Source: Octopus vulgaris (Eukaryota). From it: 64,000 nucleotides of DNA. Made by a program: the position numbers and the translations under genes. The stretch is taken from the NCBI GenBank assembly GCA_951406725.2, contig OX597835.1, positions 30,132,001 to 30,196,000 of the forward strand, written 5' to 3'. The stretch's first letter is position 1. Each line of letters starts with the position of its first letter. The notes beneath the pieces were generated by a model, which did not search any database, was not told the origin of the DNA, and saw only the letters and a list, made by a program, of their open reading frames with translations. Below are positions 24,783 to 38,147 of the stretch, one piece after another.

Positions 24783-25610
24783 TGTTTCTTTATTAGCCAC
24801 ACAGGGCTGCACACAGATAGAACAAATTACAAGGTAGAGCTTTTCTTTTGAAGGTTTAAAAAAAAAAAAAAAAAAAAAAAAAAGGAAGGGGGAGTTTCGA
24901 TCAAAAGGGATCGTAAAAGGAGAGAAAGAGGACAAAAAAAGGGGGTTAAAAAAAAAAAGGGGGAGAGGAAAAAAAATTGATCAATAGGGATCGTTATCAC
25001 AGAAATGTCAATATGAAGTGTAAAGGGGAGGACAGGTGAGGTTTACCCGTGGAAAGAAAAGCCTACGGAAAAGACCACGGTAACCTCGGTCAATGAAGTC
25101 ACATTTTATATTTCTTTTTTTTTTTTTTTTTTTTTGCAAATAAGCAACTCTCTGTTTTCGATTTCTGGGTTCATAGGACTATGCTCAAGGTGGCTTCGTC
25201 ATTCATACGTGCCATTCTTGCTACATTCACCCATCTTTTTTTAAACATTCGCTAGACAAAACTTGCCTCTCTACTCTCACTTTCCTTTTCAAGTGGTACT
25301 TGAAGAAGTTGATGAGAGATTGACCAGAGAGGAAAGTGTTTGTCTCCAATCCTTTCAGACGCGTCCACCAGATACATTCTTTCGCCATAGCCACAAGGAT
25401 GATGAAAATAGCTCTTCCTTCCCGTTTGAAGGAAGGAGGCGTGACAATATTGACGATAGACTCAGCTGATAAACCGACTCGTCCCACACGTGACAGCAGT
25501 TGTTCTACATAAGCCCACAGGTCGGAAATTGTTGGGCACTGAACGAGTGCGTGCAGAACGGTTTCGTCGCTCTGACCGCATCTCGGGCAGGTCGGCCCCG
25601 TGTTTCGCGA
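24781..25610 (-). mobile_element. L1/Tx1-type LINE 3' fragment (CCHC knuckle, 3' UTR, AATAAA) embedded in (TAGA)n
   Basis: CPRCGQSDETVLHALVQC..LW, then AKECIWWTR; ends 'ggctAATAAAgaaaca' followed by (TATC)n; (GATA)n also at 25609-25625. Confidence 0.88.
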
Positions 25611-26284
25611 GATAGATAGATAGATTGTTAGATAGAAAGCAAATAAATATGAAGATAAATAAATTGATATATATGTAGACAGCCACAAATACAATCCTAG
25701 AAATATAGGAAGTTAAAAGATAGAGAATAAAATATAAAATAAGAAGACAATAACATAATATACCGAGAGTAATACTGAAAGGTAATCTGCCTTCTTTATT
25801 CCAAGTGTTGTATTGTTTATCTTCATTGACTGAAGCAATCAATAGATTGATGGATTAAAGGATTAATAGAATCTATATCACGAACTATAGAGGCGAGAAT
25901 AATTAGGAAATATATAGACAAGACGAAACTGCATTACATACAAAATGAAAATACACACATACACACACACTCATTGTATATGTACAGCCACACATATACA
26001 CATACATATACGCACACTAACGAAAGCACACATATACATACATTTTTGCTTAAGAAACAACATACCAACCAACACACACTCACACAAACATTTATGCATC
26101 TATGAGTGCGTGTATATATGGATGTTTTCATGTATATATATATAGTATGCATATGGAAATTAACTTCCTGAATATCTAAAATGTATACATATATATATAT
26201 GTGTATATTCATATTCATATGTATATGTATATATGTATACGCTTACGTATCACTCTCTTTAAGCATGTGAGTGTATGTATGTGT

Positions 26285-26319
<35 letters not shown>

Positions 26320-26547
26320 CACGCACGCATATATACACACAAATATATATGAGATGCGCACACATATATACGCACGCATACACGCATATGTGCATAATGT
26401 AAGACAATACAAAATAGATACAGTATGTATAACATAAGCATTTGTTGTGCATACATGTATATACACACACATATATATGCAAATACACACATACACACAT
26501 ATATATATATGCATGTACATATACATAAACGTATATATACACACAAG

Positions 26548-26589
<42 letters not shown>

Positions 26590-27072
26590 CGTACATACAC
26601 GCACATATATTGAATAACATGTGTACATGCATATATACACAAATGTATATACATACATATACACACACACATACACACGCATATATATATGTGTGTGTGT
26701 GTGTATGTATGGATGTATATATATATGTATGTATCTAGCGATATTCGTCTAATGTTGCTATCTAACCCTTTCTGTAGGTTGCACGATTGTCTAATGAATC
26801 CTTTGTATATTCACCTTCATACTGATATTCATTTCAGATTCTATATATACCTTAAACAATACATTCTATAGCAATTGTAATATAAATTTATCAAATTACT
26901 GTAATTATGTATGTATATATGTACGTATGCACGTATGCATATATTCATGTACGTATGCATGTATGTATGTATATATGTATGTATGCATGTATGTGTACAT
27001 ATATCTATTTATGCATGTATTTATATATGCATGTATGTTGTACATGCTTTGTGCGTATATATATATGTATCT

Positions 27073-27103
<31 letters not shown>

Positions 27104-27173
27104 TATGTGTATTTCTTTGTATGCTCTCTTTGTAGGTTTATTTATATATCTCTATCTTAATATACCTATCTAC

Positions 27174-27229
<56 letters not shown>

Positions 27230-27455
27230 ATCGGTCTGTCTGTTTATCTGTCTGTCTGTCGGCCTGTCTCTTTCATATCTCTCTGCTTTTCCCTCTCTAT
27301 ACCTCTCGGTGTGCCTGTCTGTCCGCTTGCTTGTCTGCCTGATTGTTTGTTTTCCTGTCTGTCTGTCTATCCACCTGTCTATATATTTATCTATGTATCT
27401 CTTTTCCTATCTCTCTGTCTTGCAATCTATCTGCCTCTCTCTCTCTCTCTCCCTC

Positions 27456-27507
<52 letters not shown>

Positions 27508-27702
27508 CTTCACTCTCCAACCATATCGTTGTCTTTACATATCCGTCCAAATTTCTCTTAGTTCTCATGGTTTCTTCTCTCCATATCTAACATGGTCACG
27601 CTTATTCATTAAATTTGCCATATCAGAAGCACATAGATAATGTAGCTTTGCGGCCTGGACATAGACATTGATGAGGCGAATGATTATGATACCAAAATGA
27701 TA

Positions 27703-27936
27703 TATTTCTTTACTACCCACAAGGAGCTAAACACAGAGCGGACAAACGAGGACAGACAAATGGATTAGGTCGATTATATCGACCCCAGTGCGTAACTGGT
27801 ACTTAATTTATCGACCTCGAAAGGATGAAAGGCAAAGTCGACCTCGGCGGAATTTGAACTCGGAACGTAATGACAGATGAAATACGGCTACGCATTTTGC
27901 CTAGCGTGCTAACGTTTCTGCCAGCACGCCGCTTTT
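27703..27936 (-). mobile_element. SINE family B, full length (tRNA-like head, Meta-domain-like core)
   Basis: Reverse complement of 38225-38459; A-box-like 'gctggcagaa.cgttag', B-box-like 'gagttcaaatt', core 'gcctttcatcctttcg.ggtcgataaa'. Confidence 0.92.
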
Positions 27937-27937
27937 G

Positions 27938-27986
27938 AAAATATGGAACGCTTCACGAATTTGCGTGTCATCCTTGCACAGGGGCC

Positions 27987-28019
<33 letters not shown>

Positions 28020-28033
28020 AATATGTACCGCTG
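27938..28033 (-). pseudogene. U6: U6 snRNA copy lacking about the first 10 nt
   Basis: Minus strand ..ACATATTCTAAAATTGGAACGATACAGAGAAGATTAGCATGGCCCCTGTGCAAGGATGACACGCAAATTCGTGAAGCGTTCCATATTTT. ACAGAGA box and ISL present, 5' strand of the 5' stem missing, substitutions relative to canonical U6. Confidence 0.95.
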
Positions 28034-28736
28034 TATGATAAAGATGGGAGAAAACAGAAAGCGCCCGCCGACGCTCTGCTTCTCTAAAACATTGTTCTTT
28101 AAAAACGCATATACAGAAGTATTAACCCTCTTACAATTTAAAATACCAAATATTTGGACTAAATAGTCTCTACAATTACAAAACACAATTTATGCATAAA
28201 TTGGAGGCGATAAACTTCTACAATCCTTCCCCGAGTAATTTTCTTGCAACCTGCAGGCATTTCTGCAACCGCAATCCGGGGTTCCAAAAAATTATTCTAT
28301 AATTCTCGTTTTTACACGAGTCAGTTATAAGATCATAGTACTTTCTTTCCAGCACCAGAGCAGCCCCCTGCGGAGGCCACTTTGGGCTGTCAATACAAGT
28401 CAGGTCTCCCAGGACCCGACTATCCATATTATTCTCCATGAAACTGTCAATAATCCCGCCTCTGAGCTAGAACATATATTCTTCATCACATTCACTGGGA
28501 GGGGCCTCAACTCCCTTGCACGGTAGCACACATCCCACTGAAGAGGTTATCCTTCTTCCTCTACCTCCGGTGGCACACATCTATCATGGCTAATCATATA
28601 CACAGTGTTATACATAGGTGTATGCCTATTAGTTATTAGTTGGTACATTTAGTTGTATGCATCTTAAAATAATTTGTACACACTCAGACACACGGATACG
28701 CAAACATGTAAATAGCAGCTGAAAGAAGTAAACTGC

Positions 28737-28767
<31 letters not shown>

Positions 28768-28877
28768 TACACACATGCGCAAACACAGACACACCGACAC
28801 ACACACACAGACACATACATACATGAGTACATGCGCAGACACGTACATACGAACAAATGAAGGCACACATATATATT

Positions 28878-29090
28878 TTTTACTACCTACAAGGGCCTAA
28901 ACACAGAGGGAACAAACACGGACAGACAAACGGATTAAGTCGATTCCATCGATCCTAGTGCGTAACTGGTACTTAATTTATCGACCCTGAAAGGATAAAA
29001 GGCAAAGTCGACCTCGGCGGAATTTGATCTCAGAACGTACCGGCAGGCGTACGGCTACGCATTTCGCCCGGCGTGCTAACGATTCTGCCG
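28878..29090 (-). mobile_element. SINE family B
   Basis: Highly similar to 27703-27936. Confidence 0.9.
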
Positions 29091-29486
29091 ATGTGTAGAA
29101 AAACACACGCACAACCGTCAGAAACACCCGCTCAGAAGCAGAGCTCTCTGGATGCGTATTGTGTCGGACAAAAATCATATAGCCTCTTTATCAATGAGAC
29201 AAGGAAAACAATCGGCTCTTCACCACGACCTTTCTTAATTCGAAGACTTAACGTCAATATTAAAAAGAGAGAAATAACAAAGAAAGAAATATAAAAATAA
29301 AATTCAAATTAAAAGACCAAACAAGCAATGATAATTTTCGTGCAATCCATTCACACCATTCCTCGACGCCCTTCCCTTCATAAAAATGAAAACAAAATTT
29401 AATTAAACGATGAAAAAAATTATCAGACGAAAATTAAAGTAAAATGTAATGATTATTATATAACTCAAACTACGGCTGATAAAGAC

Positions 29487-29569
<83 letters not shown>

Positions 29570-29735
29570 AGAGAGAGAGAGAGAGAGAGAGATAGATAGA
29601 TAGATAGATATACATATATTTATTTATGGGGGTGCATTGTGTGTATATCTGTGTATGTACATATTTAGATAATACGTATATACGTATATGTATGTATGTA
29701 TGTATATATATATGTATATGTACGCATATATATAC

Positions 29736-29777
<42 letters not shown>

Positions 29778-29891
29778 TTTACTATAGATCATATAGAAAT
29801 TTATATGTGTGTAAATTAAATAATAACACCAGTAACAACGAAAACAGCTACGACGACAATAAAATTAATAACAACAACAACAACAATATTC

Positions 29892-29922
<31 letters not shown>

Positions 29923-29945
29923 TAATAATAATAATAATAATAATG

Positions 29946-30009
<64 letters not shown>

Positions 30010-30807
30010 TAATAATAATAATAACAATAATAACAATAATAATATATTAACTAAATAAACAAGTTGGAATTCATTTATTGAAAAAATGTATCCAATCTTT
30101 ATATCTTTATCGTAAACTCTCAATTCGTTCTCTTCACACATCCATCCATTGACATACACAGAGACACTGGCTCTCTCTGTCTCTCTCTCTCTCATACGCA
30201 CACACACATACACACATACACACACAAAAACACAGACACACACACACAAACACACTCAGTGGAACATATACACACATATATTTGGTGCAATCTTTTTCCT
30301 GGCACTAAATTTGTGTAAACGTTACACAACAGAAGTTAACATGTCAGTTAAAATGGCGGATGACTAGCGGTCTTTTGTGTAAATTTTTTCCCAGGTTCTC
30401 GGCCATTTTAAACTTGTTAAAAAAGATATCCTTGTCTTTATGTCATCATTATTTCTCTATTTAGGTTTTTGTATATATTTTAGCATTATTTGTCAAGTTT
30501 TTTTCTGTTGTTTTAATTTATATTTTTTATATCCATCTTTTCTTCATTTTTATCTTCTTCCTCTTTCTTTTTTCTCTCTACGCACACACATACTTACGTA
30601 CACACATATACATATGTAGGTGTATATATATATATATATATATACATATATATGTATATATATATATATATATATACATATATATGTATATATATATACA
30701 CACACACAGACATGTGTATATATACATGAATATATGCATGTATGTATATATATATAAACACATATATTTAAATATATATATGTATATATATATATTTACA
30801 TATATGT

Positions 30808-30890
<83 letters not shown>

Positions 30891-31197
30891 CTTAATTCCT
30901 GCTCTGCCTGTCTGTTTCATCCCGTTTCTTTCAGTGTGCCGCTTTATGTCTATCTATCTGTCTGCAGTCCGTCTGTCTGTCTGTCTCTCTCTCTCTCTTC
31001 CAGCCTAACCTCTTCACTCTTCCCGTGGTTCTTTCGTTTACTTTTTCCACACAATCGTGCGCACACACACAACAGAAATATACATATATAGAGACACAGA
31101 AACAGAAACACACACACACACTCGCACACACATTTGTTCTCACATATATATGTACATGCAGATACATAGATATTTATATAAACATATCTATGTATGT

Positions 31198-31250
<53 letters not shown>

Positions 31251-32346
31251 TACATAAATACAAGCAAATTACAAATTCAAACATATATACGTTATCTATG
31301 TGTGTCACACACTGAAATATATCTACATATATATATTCATACATACACACACACACATATATATACATTCATATATAAATAAATATAGTGTGTGTTTGGA
31401 TGTTTGATGTATATGCATATCCCTTTCTATAAACACACACATAATCATACACATATACACCCACACCTATACATCTTTTAATTGTTTGTATTTCTTTGAG
31501 GCCAGTGTTGATATTTCACAATTGAGAAGATATCGAATCCAAATAAACGGGATCGATGCCCCCTACCACCACTGCTTCCACCGTCCACTTTCTCACCCTC
31601 CTTCTCTCCTCACACTCGTACACACGCGCACTGAATGATGCTCCGCGCTCACACACATGTTTCCGTACACGTTCAATGCCAACTCCGCGGCCCCCAATCT
31701 ACCCCGTACACCCACACTTACACAAAGAGTGCAAGGCAGCTGCACCCATGCATTCAAGACAGAGAAGACATGCACAAGGGTTGAAAAGCTTTGTTTGTTT
31801 AAAATCTTCTCCTTATTATTGGGTCAATCTCATTAATGGAGATATTTGCTAAGACGTGGAAGATGGCGTGAAAATCAACACGGAATGTGTCACACAGTCA
31901 CACACACACATGCGTGCGCGTACTTACACACACATACAAACACACGCACGCACACAATCACACACACACATACACTTATATATATACATATATATACACG
32001 CACGCACATATATATATATAAATATACACACACATATATACACATATGTATATACATATATATATATATACATACACACATATATAGTCATATATTTATA
32101 CATATATACACACATATACACACATATAAAACCATATATATATATATACATATATATACACACATATATATATATACTCATATATATAAATATATATATA
32201 CACACTCATACATATGTGTATATGTGTGTGTGCGTGTATATTGTGTCCAATGTATTCGACAATGTATATATTGATACTGAAACACTATATTATATGTATG
32301 TATATATATATATATACATTCTTGTATGTATATATATATATTCATG

Positions 32347-32382
<36 letters not shown>

Positions 32383-32829
32383 CATGCATGCATACATACC
32401 AACATATTCACGTAGACACACGTGCAAAGACACACACACACACCTGTGTTCACAGCAATTTATGTGTGAAAATGTTTGATATTAATTACACACAAGACCG
32501 TACACACACACAGAGACATGCACACATATGAAGGGTCACACGTATATAGATACATACACCACCTTCTCTTCACAAACTCCTCTATTTTTCTACATTTCTC
32601 TTCTCCCTTTGTATCCAGAAGCGATGCTGCGCCGCCAACTCCGGCAACACCACAAGAACAACAACTGCAAAAAGAACAAACACTGCCATCATGAACCTTC
32701 GCCACCTCCTCTCCCACCTCCACCTCCGCCTCCTCCTCCTCATCATTATCATCATCATTATCATCATTCTTTTCATCGTCATCATCATCCATTTCATCCT
32801 CATCATTGTCGTTGTCGTCATCGTCATCG

Positions 32830-32872
<43 letters not shown>

Positions 32873-34867
32873 GGCCACCATCATCGTTGTCGTCGGCGTA
32901 ATAGTAGTCCTTCTCATCATCTTCATCCCAAATATCCTCTTCCTTCTCCTCTTTCCTTCTCCTCCTCCTCCTCACCACCACCTTCATCCGAACTAACAAC
33001 TACCACCCCTAATCCAGTTACCTGCACCTCCTCCCCACCACCACTTCCATAAACACAACTACAACGGCTCCCCACTCCAGTACTCCGTCCCCATCATTAC
33101 TCCCACCAGCATTACCGCCAAAAGCGCAATCGCTGACACATACGAACCACTACATCCCCCATCACTACCACTACGGTTACTGTTATTCTGTCTTCACTAC
33201 CACCAGCGCTAGCATTTGCACCATCGGTAAGATTAGCACCACCAACAACAGCAGTAACAACATTAATAGCAACAACAACAATAACATCAAGAGGAATGAC
33301 TGGAAAAATAGCAACAACGACGTTCGGCGACAACACCGACAACATTTACAAGAGAAACAAATGTATTAGCAATAGAGCCATCATCTCTATACAAGCCACT
33401 ATCACAAGGAAACTCATCAACATCATCATCATCATCATCATCATCTTCATCGTCGTCATCATCATCATCATCATCATTGTCGTCGTCGTCATCACCATCA
33501 TCATCATCATCATCATCAACGTCGTCGTCGTCGTCGTCATGGTCATCACCATCATTACCATCATTACCATCTACCATTACACGCCACGCCACAACACACA
33601 CGCGCACACATAATCACACACTCATGCACACACTACTACTACCACAGCAACACCCACTATTCGCACCGGCTGCGTCTACTACAACCGCAACACATCCGCA
33701 CCGCCACCACTACAACCGCAGCCACCACATATTGATTGTGTGGGAATTTCTCAATCTGTTGAGATTAGCTGAATGACAACTGTGATGTATACAGAATAGC
33801 AGGGGTGGCAGTGGAGGTTGTGGTGGCAGTGGCGGTGGTGGTATTGGTGGCAGTGGTGGTGGTGGTGGTGGCAGTGGTGGCGGTGGTGGTGACAGTGGTA
33901 CTAATGGGGGCGGTGTTGGTAGTAGCGGCGGTAGTCGTGTTGGTGTTATTTTTGCTTGAGTTTTTGTTGTTGTTGCAGTTGTCTTTGTCGATGTTGTTGC
34001 TTCTTGTGTTGGTGGTTGTCTTGTCGTTGGTGTGGCTGGAGTTGGTGGTGGTGGTCATAATTTTGTTGTTGTTGTTGTTGTTGCTATTGTTGACGGTGGT
34101 GGTGTTGAGGTCGGGGGTGGTGTTGCGCTTGCTTGCTTTCGTGTTGTTAGAGTTGTTGTTGTAAGTGGTGGTCGTGGTCGTAGTGGTGGATTAATGGTGG
34201 TGGTGGTGGTAGTCGTGGTACTGAGGTGGTTGTAAGTGTTGTTGTTGTAGTGGCAGCGGGAGTGGGAGTGGTGATGGTGTGGGTCACCGTCGTTTCCAGT
34301 AATGAAGATGATGATGACGGTGACGATGACAACGATAATAAGGAGGAAAAGGAGAACGACGACAATGATGACGATGATGATGATGACGATGACGTCGACG
34401 ATATGGACTACGACGAAGACGATGATGCTGATACTGATGATGGTGATGATGATGATGATGATGATGATGGTGATAATGAGGAATACGACGATGATAAAAT
34501 AATGCTATCATCTCTAGTACATATCATATCGCCATTAACACCATCACCACCACCACCACTACCGCCACGACCACCACCACCTCAGCCACCACAATCAATA
34601 GCATGGAGGCTTTGTCAAGAATCCATTTTATGAAAACCTGCGAAATTGCTTCATTGTTGTGTATTATGTGTTTGCGTTCGCGCATGTGTGTGTGTATGTG
34701 TGTATGTGTGTATGTGTGTGTATAACTATGTGTATGTATACGTATAATGTATGAGTATGTATGTCTTGTATTTCAGGTGTGTTTAGGCGGTAGGTTTTAA
34801 TAGGCTGGTAAAAGTGAAAAGATAGAGGATGGAGACGGTGAAAAAGAAGAAAAGTAGGAAATAAATA

Positions 34868-34898
<31 letters not shown>

Positions 34899-34954
34899 GA
34901 AGGAAGGAAGGAAGGATGGAAGGAAGAAGGAACGGTAAAGAGGAGAAATGGTGC

Positions 34955-35299
34955 CAGCGGCGAGCTGTTATAATCGTTAGCACGCTTTCTGGCTCCTCCC
35001 GTTCAGGTTTCAAATTCCGCCGAGGTCGATATTACATTTCATCCTTTCGGGGTCGATAAAATAAGTACCAGAAGCCCACTAGGGTTAATGTAGTAAGTTT
35101 AGCCCTCCCCCACCCACTGAAATTGTTTGCCTTGTGCCAAAATTTGAAACCGCTATTATTGCTATTAAAACCTAGGGGCTTCTGCTCAAAAACCTGAGGT
35201 CGACTCAACCTTTCATCCTTTCGGGTGAGCGCAGGGGCCAATATAATCGACTAATCCCTTTCCCACAAAATTTCAGGCCTTGTGTCTACAATAGAAAGG

Positions 35300-35300
<1 letters not shown>
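34955..35300 (+). mobile_element. Two SINE family B-related copies in tandem (34955-35150, 35197-35300), alternative tail ending in (ATT)n
   Basis: 'caaattccgccgaggtcga..tttcatcctttcggggtcgataaa'; tail 'aaatttcaggccttgtgtct..agaaaggatt'. Confidence 0.8.
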
Positions 35301-35347
<47 letters not shown>

Positions 35348-35350
<3 letters not shown>

Positions 35351-35725
35351 TCCGCCTTAGCGAAGGCGGGGGGTATTGCTTTCAGTCGTGTTTGTTTGTT
35401 TGTTTGTTTGTCCGTGGACAAGATATCTGAAGAACCGCTGGATGGATTCCGGTGAAACTTTCAGGGATGTTTGGCCTCGTGACGGACACGAACTTATTTG
35501 ATTTTGTGATCGACCCGGTACCGAACAAGGATTCTGGACTACTTTTCCAGTTTTTTTTTTAAATTTAATTTTTGAGAGTGGTCAGGTTCATTTTCAGTAT
35601 CTTCGTTTGTGAGAGCTGTCGAGTTTATTTCAGATATTCTCATTTTAAATATCATCTCTGGCTAATCGCTGAGAAGACGCTGGTCTTGCTTTGGTGGAGG
35701 TTTGCGCTGTCTGAGTGCTCTTGTT
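35348..35725 (+). mobile_element. Non-autonomous Helentron/DINE-1-like element
   Basis: 5' subTIR ACCTCCGCC within a short palindrome (35348-35374), internal (GTTT)n, 3' subTIR GGTGGAGGT (35693-35701), 3' hairpin GCGCT-gtctg-AGTGC, T-rich ends. Confidence 0.75.
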
Positions 35726-35750
35726 ATTATTATCATCATCATCATTATTA

Positions 35751-35809
<59 letters not shown>

Positions 35810-35812
<3 letters not shown>

Positions 35813-35902
35813 TAGTTTTATTTTTATAGCGTGCTTTCACATCACTACCGAGCGCAGCTCTGTGTGCCTTGGGTATGTGCTGTGATTTGTTGTGATGCTC
35901 TG
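35810..35902 (-). mobile_element. 3' terminus of a (TAA)n-embedded non-LTR element, R4/Dong-like by inference
   Basis: 93-bp unique insert with (ATT)n on both sides; minus strand ends 'ctataaaAATAAAactactg' then (AAT)n. Confidence 0.55.
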
Positions 35903-36007
<105 letters not shown>

Positions 36008-36187
36008 TTCATTGTCATCATCATTATCATCATCATGTTTTGGCTTTGCTTTAATTTACACTAGTTACTCTTGCATCTCGACCATAGACGTCAATAAGCA
36101 ACCAGGTTTTGCATTATTAATGTGCACTCGCACAACCCTAGTGTTTGTGATTCTGCCTGCTTTTTTCGTTGAACTTGAAACTGCGAT

Positions 36188-37040
36188 TATTGTTTGGCCA
36201 AAATGTCAATTCAGACTAGTAGCGAAAATTAGACAAAATTTTTAATAGAAAGTGATTTATTCAATCAATGATATAATTACCGTTTCGTTCCAGTGTCTTC
36301 TGCCGTCTTGTGGGTACCTCAATTTCACCCAGCTCCAAAACCTTCCTCTCTTTACAGGTGAAAATCTCTTGAAGGTTTGTTCATTCAATGAATTTTGAAC
36401 GAACCAAAAACAGGTGAAAATCCGAAGGTGCATGGTAAGGCGAAAATGAAGTGCATGGCTAAAGTTCCCAGTTAAATCCCCGAGTCTACCTCGTCTGCCG
36501 AGTTTTCTAAGAAGTGCACGGACTAACATTGCCTGATACCCCTACGATTGGCAAAAACTGGACGCTTCTATTTCATAACTATGTTTAATTTGTCCAGTTA
36601 GTCACAGTACACATCTGAATTCATATGTCTGTCTTTAAAATGTTCGTAAAACCAAACCCACTTCCAATCTCAACAAATGGAAAGCATAACCTTCTTCGTG
36701 CAAAGTCCAGATTCAGAGGTTGTTTGTGGTGGTTTGCCATACTTCACCCATAATTGCTAGCTCTTTACATTATAACAGATGATCCATTTTTGGCCCTTGT
36801 CACTCTACTCTTCGAAATGGATCGTTTCTTTATGTTTCTGCTACGATTCACAGATGCAAATCCGTTAGGCGAGGTCAACCCCATTCAATTCATGTAGGAT
36901 CTCTATATCAAGCCTCCTTATGTAAGCAGATTGTTGCTGATGCTTCTCAACACTAGATTTGTATAGCCAAAAAAAGTCTGATTTCATCCTGGTCGTATGA
37001 TGGGAGTTGGAGTAGACTTGCTCCTATTTTTATTGCTGAA
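36188..37040 (-). pseudogene. Decayed mariner transposase and right end
   Basis: Manual minus translation: EILHEL (WVPHEL), NDPF, KKVMLSIC*DWK, MNSDVYCD*LDKLN..KRP..NRRG, FSPYHAPSDFHLF (YSPDLAPSD), QKTLERNGNYIID*; TIR-like TATTGTTTGGCCAAAA at 36188. Confidence 0.88.
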
Positions 37041-37589
37041 AATCTTAGCTGGTCGGCCAGAGCGAGTGGTGACTTGAACCAAAAAATTTCCCCGATCGAA
37101 ACGTGTGAAATAACTTCTGGTATACATGTTCAGTAACATCATCATCTCTGTAAGTAGCGCATATGCATATCTTCGTGCAGGTCTCTGCCACTCTGTTTCT
37201 TTGTGTGTGCATATGTTTTTTTTTCTTGTTTTTGGTAAATTGACACGAGATGTTGATAATGTTCATTTTGTTCTCCGTTTTCAAAGAGAACCTAAACACA
37301 CAAAACGCAACTTGTCTCACTGAAAGTTCGTGTCGAACGACGTTGAACTGTCAAATAACTGATGAGTGCGCATGTGCAAAGAACAATGAAACTAGCTACT
37401 TATTAGAGCGCTTGCATTTTAATCTCGACAAAAACTGAGTGTCTTAAGCTATGTCTTATGTAATGGCGCAAGGCAATATGTGTATTTGATGAGCCTTTTG
37501 CCCTTCCCAAATCTTGAATATTGAGTTGCGGCGTTCTGTTACGATATCAGTTAATATTCTCTGTACTGTCCATCGAATAATATACATTA

Positions 37590-38024
37590 CTTAAAGTCGT
37601 TTATCCCAAGTTTCAACAATTACTAAATCCAAGGAATTAACGAAGGGAATTACTTTAATGTGCATCAGGAAATTTATTAAATGTAACAGAAGTAATAAAG
37701 ATTACATCGGAAAAACGGGATTAATTTTCAGAAGAATGACCGCTCATCGTCAACACATCGTTATCCCAGTATCCAATAAATAGCCGTTTGTAAACATTTG
37801 GACGATGTGCTGCCAACAAGTTCTTTAAATTCTAAGTTTTTCGATAACAATACTACATATTTAATACAGACGCTCAATGTAAATCAATAAAGAAACTTCG
37901 TTTATTAATGAATACAAAGTATTTATAAATATTTATAAGCAGTGACTATTAAGAAAAATGCTTTTTTTTAAATGATCAGTAGGGATAATCTTGCTCATAA
38001 CTTTTCTATGCTCTGACTTATTAT

Positions 38025-38030
<6 letters not shown>
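37590..38030 (+). pseudogene. Decayed Neptune-type PLE GIY-YIG fragment running into (TA)n
   Basis: 37698-37760 translates KDYIGKTGLIFRRMTAHRQHI, versus QDYVGSTGLSLRRRCTLHRQQI in the 16373 ORF. Confidence 0.75.
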
Positions 38031-38096
<66 letters not shown>

Positions 38097-38147
38097 TTAC
38101 CAAAGGAAGAACGAAAGCACAGGAACATATATATTTTTCCAAAGTAG

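Noticed and set aside
27938-28033. Functional U6 gene
   Set aside because: 5' stem incomplete, substitutions present, no recognisable PSE/TATA at the expected spacing.
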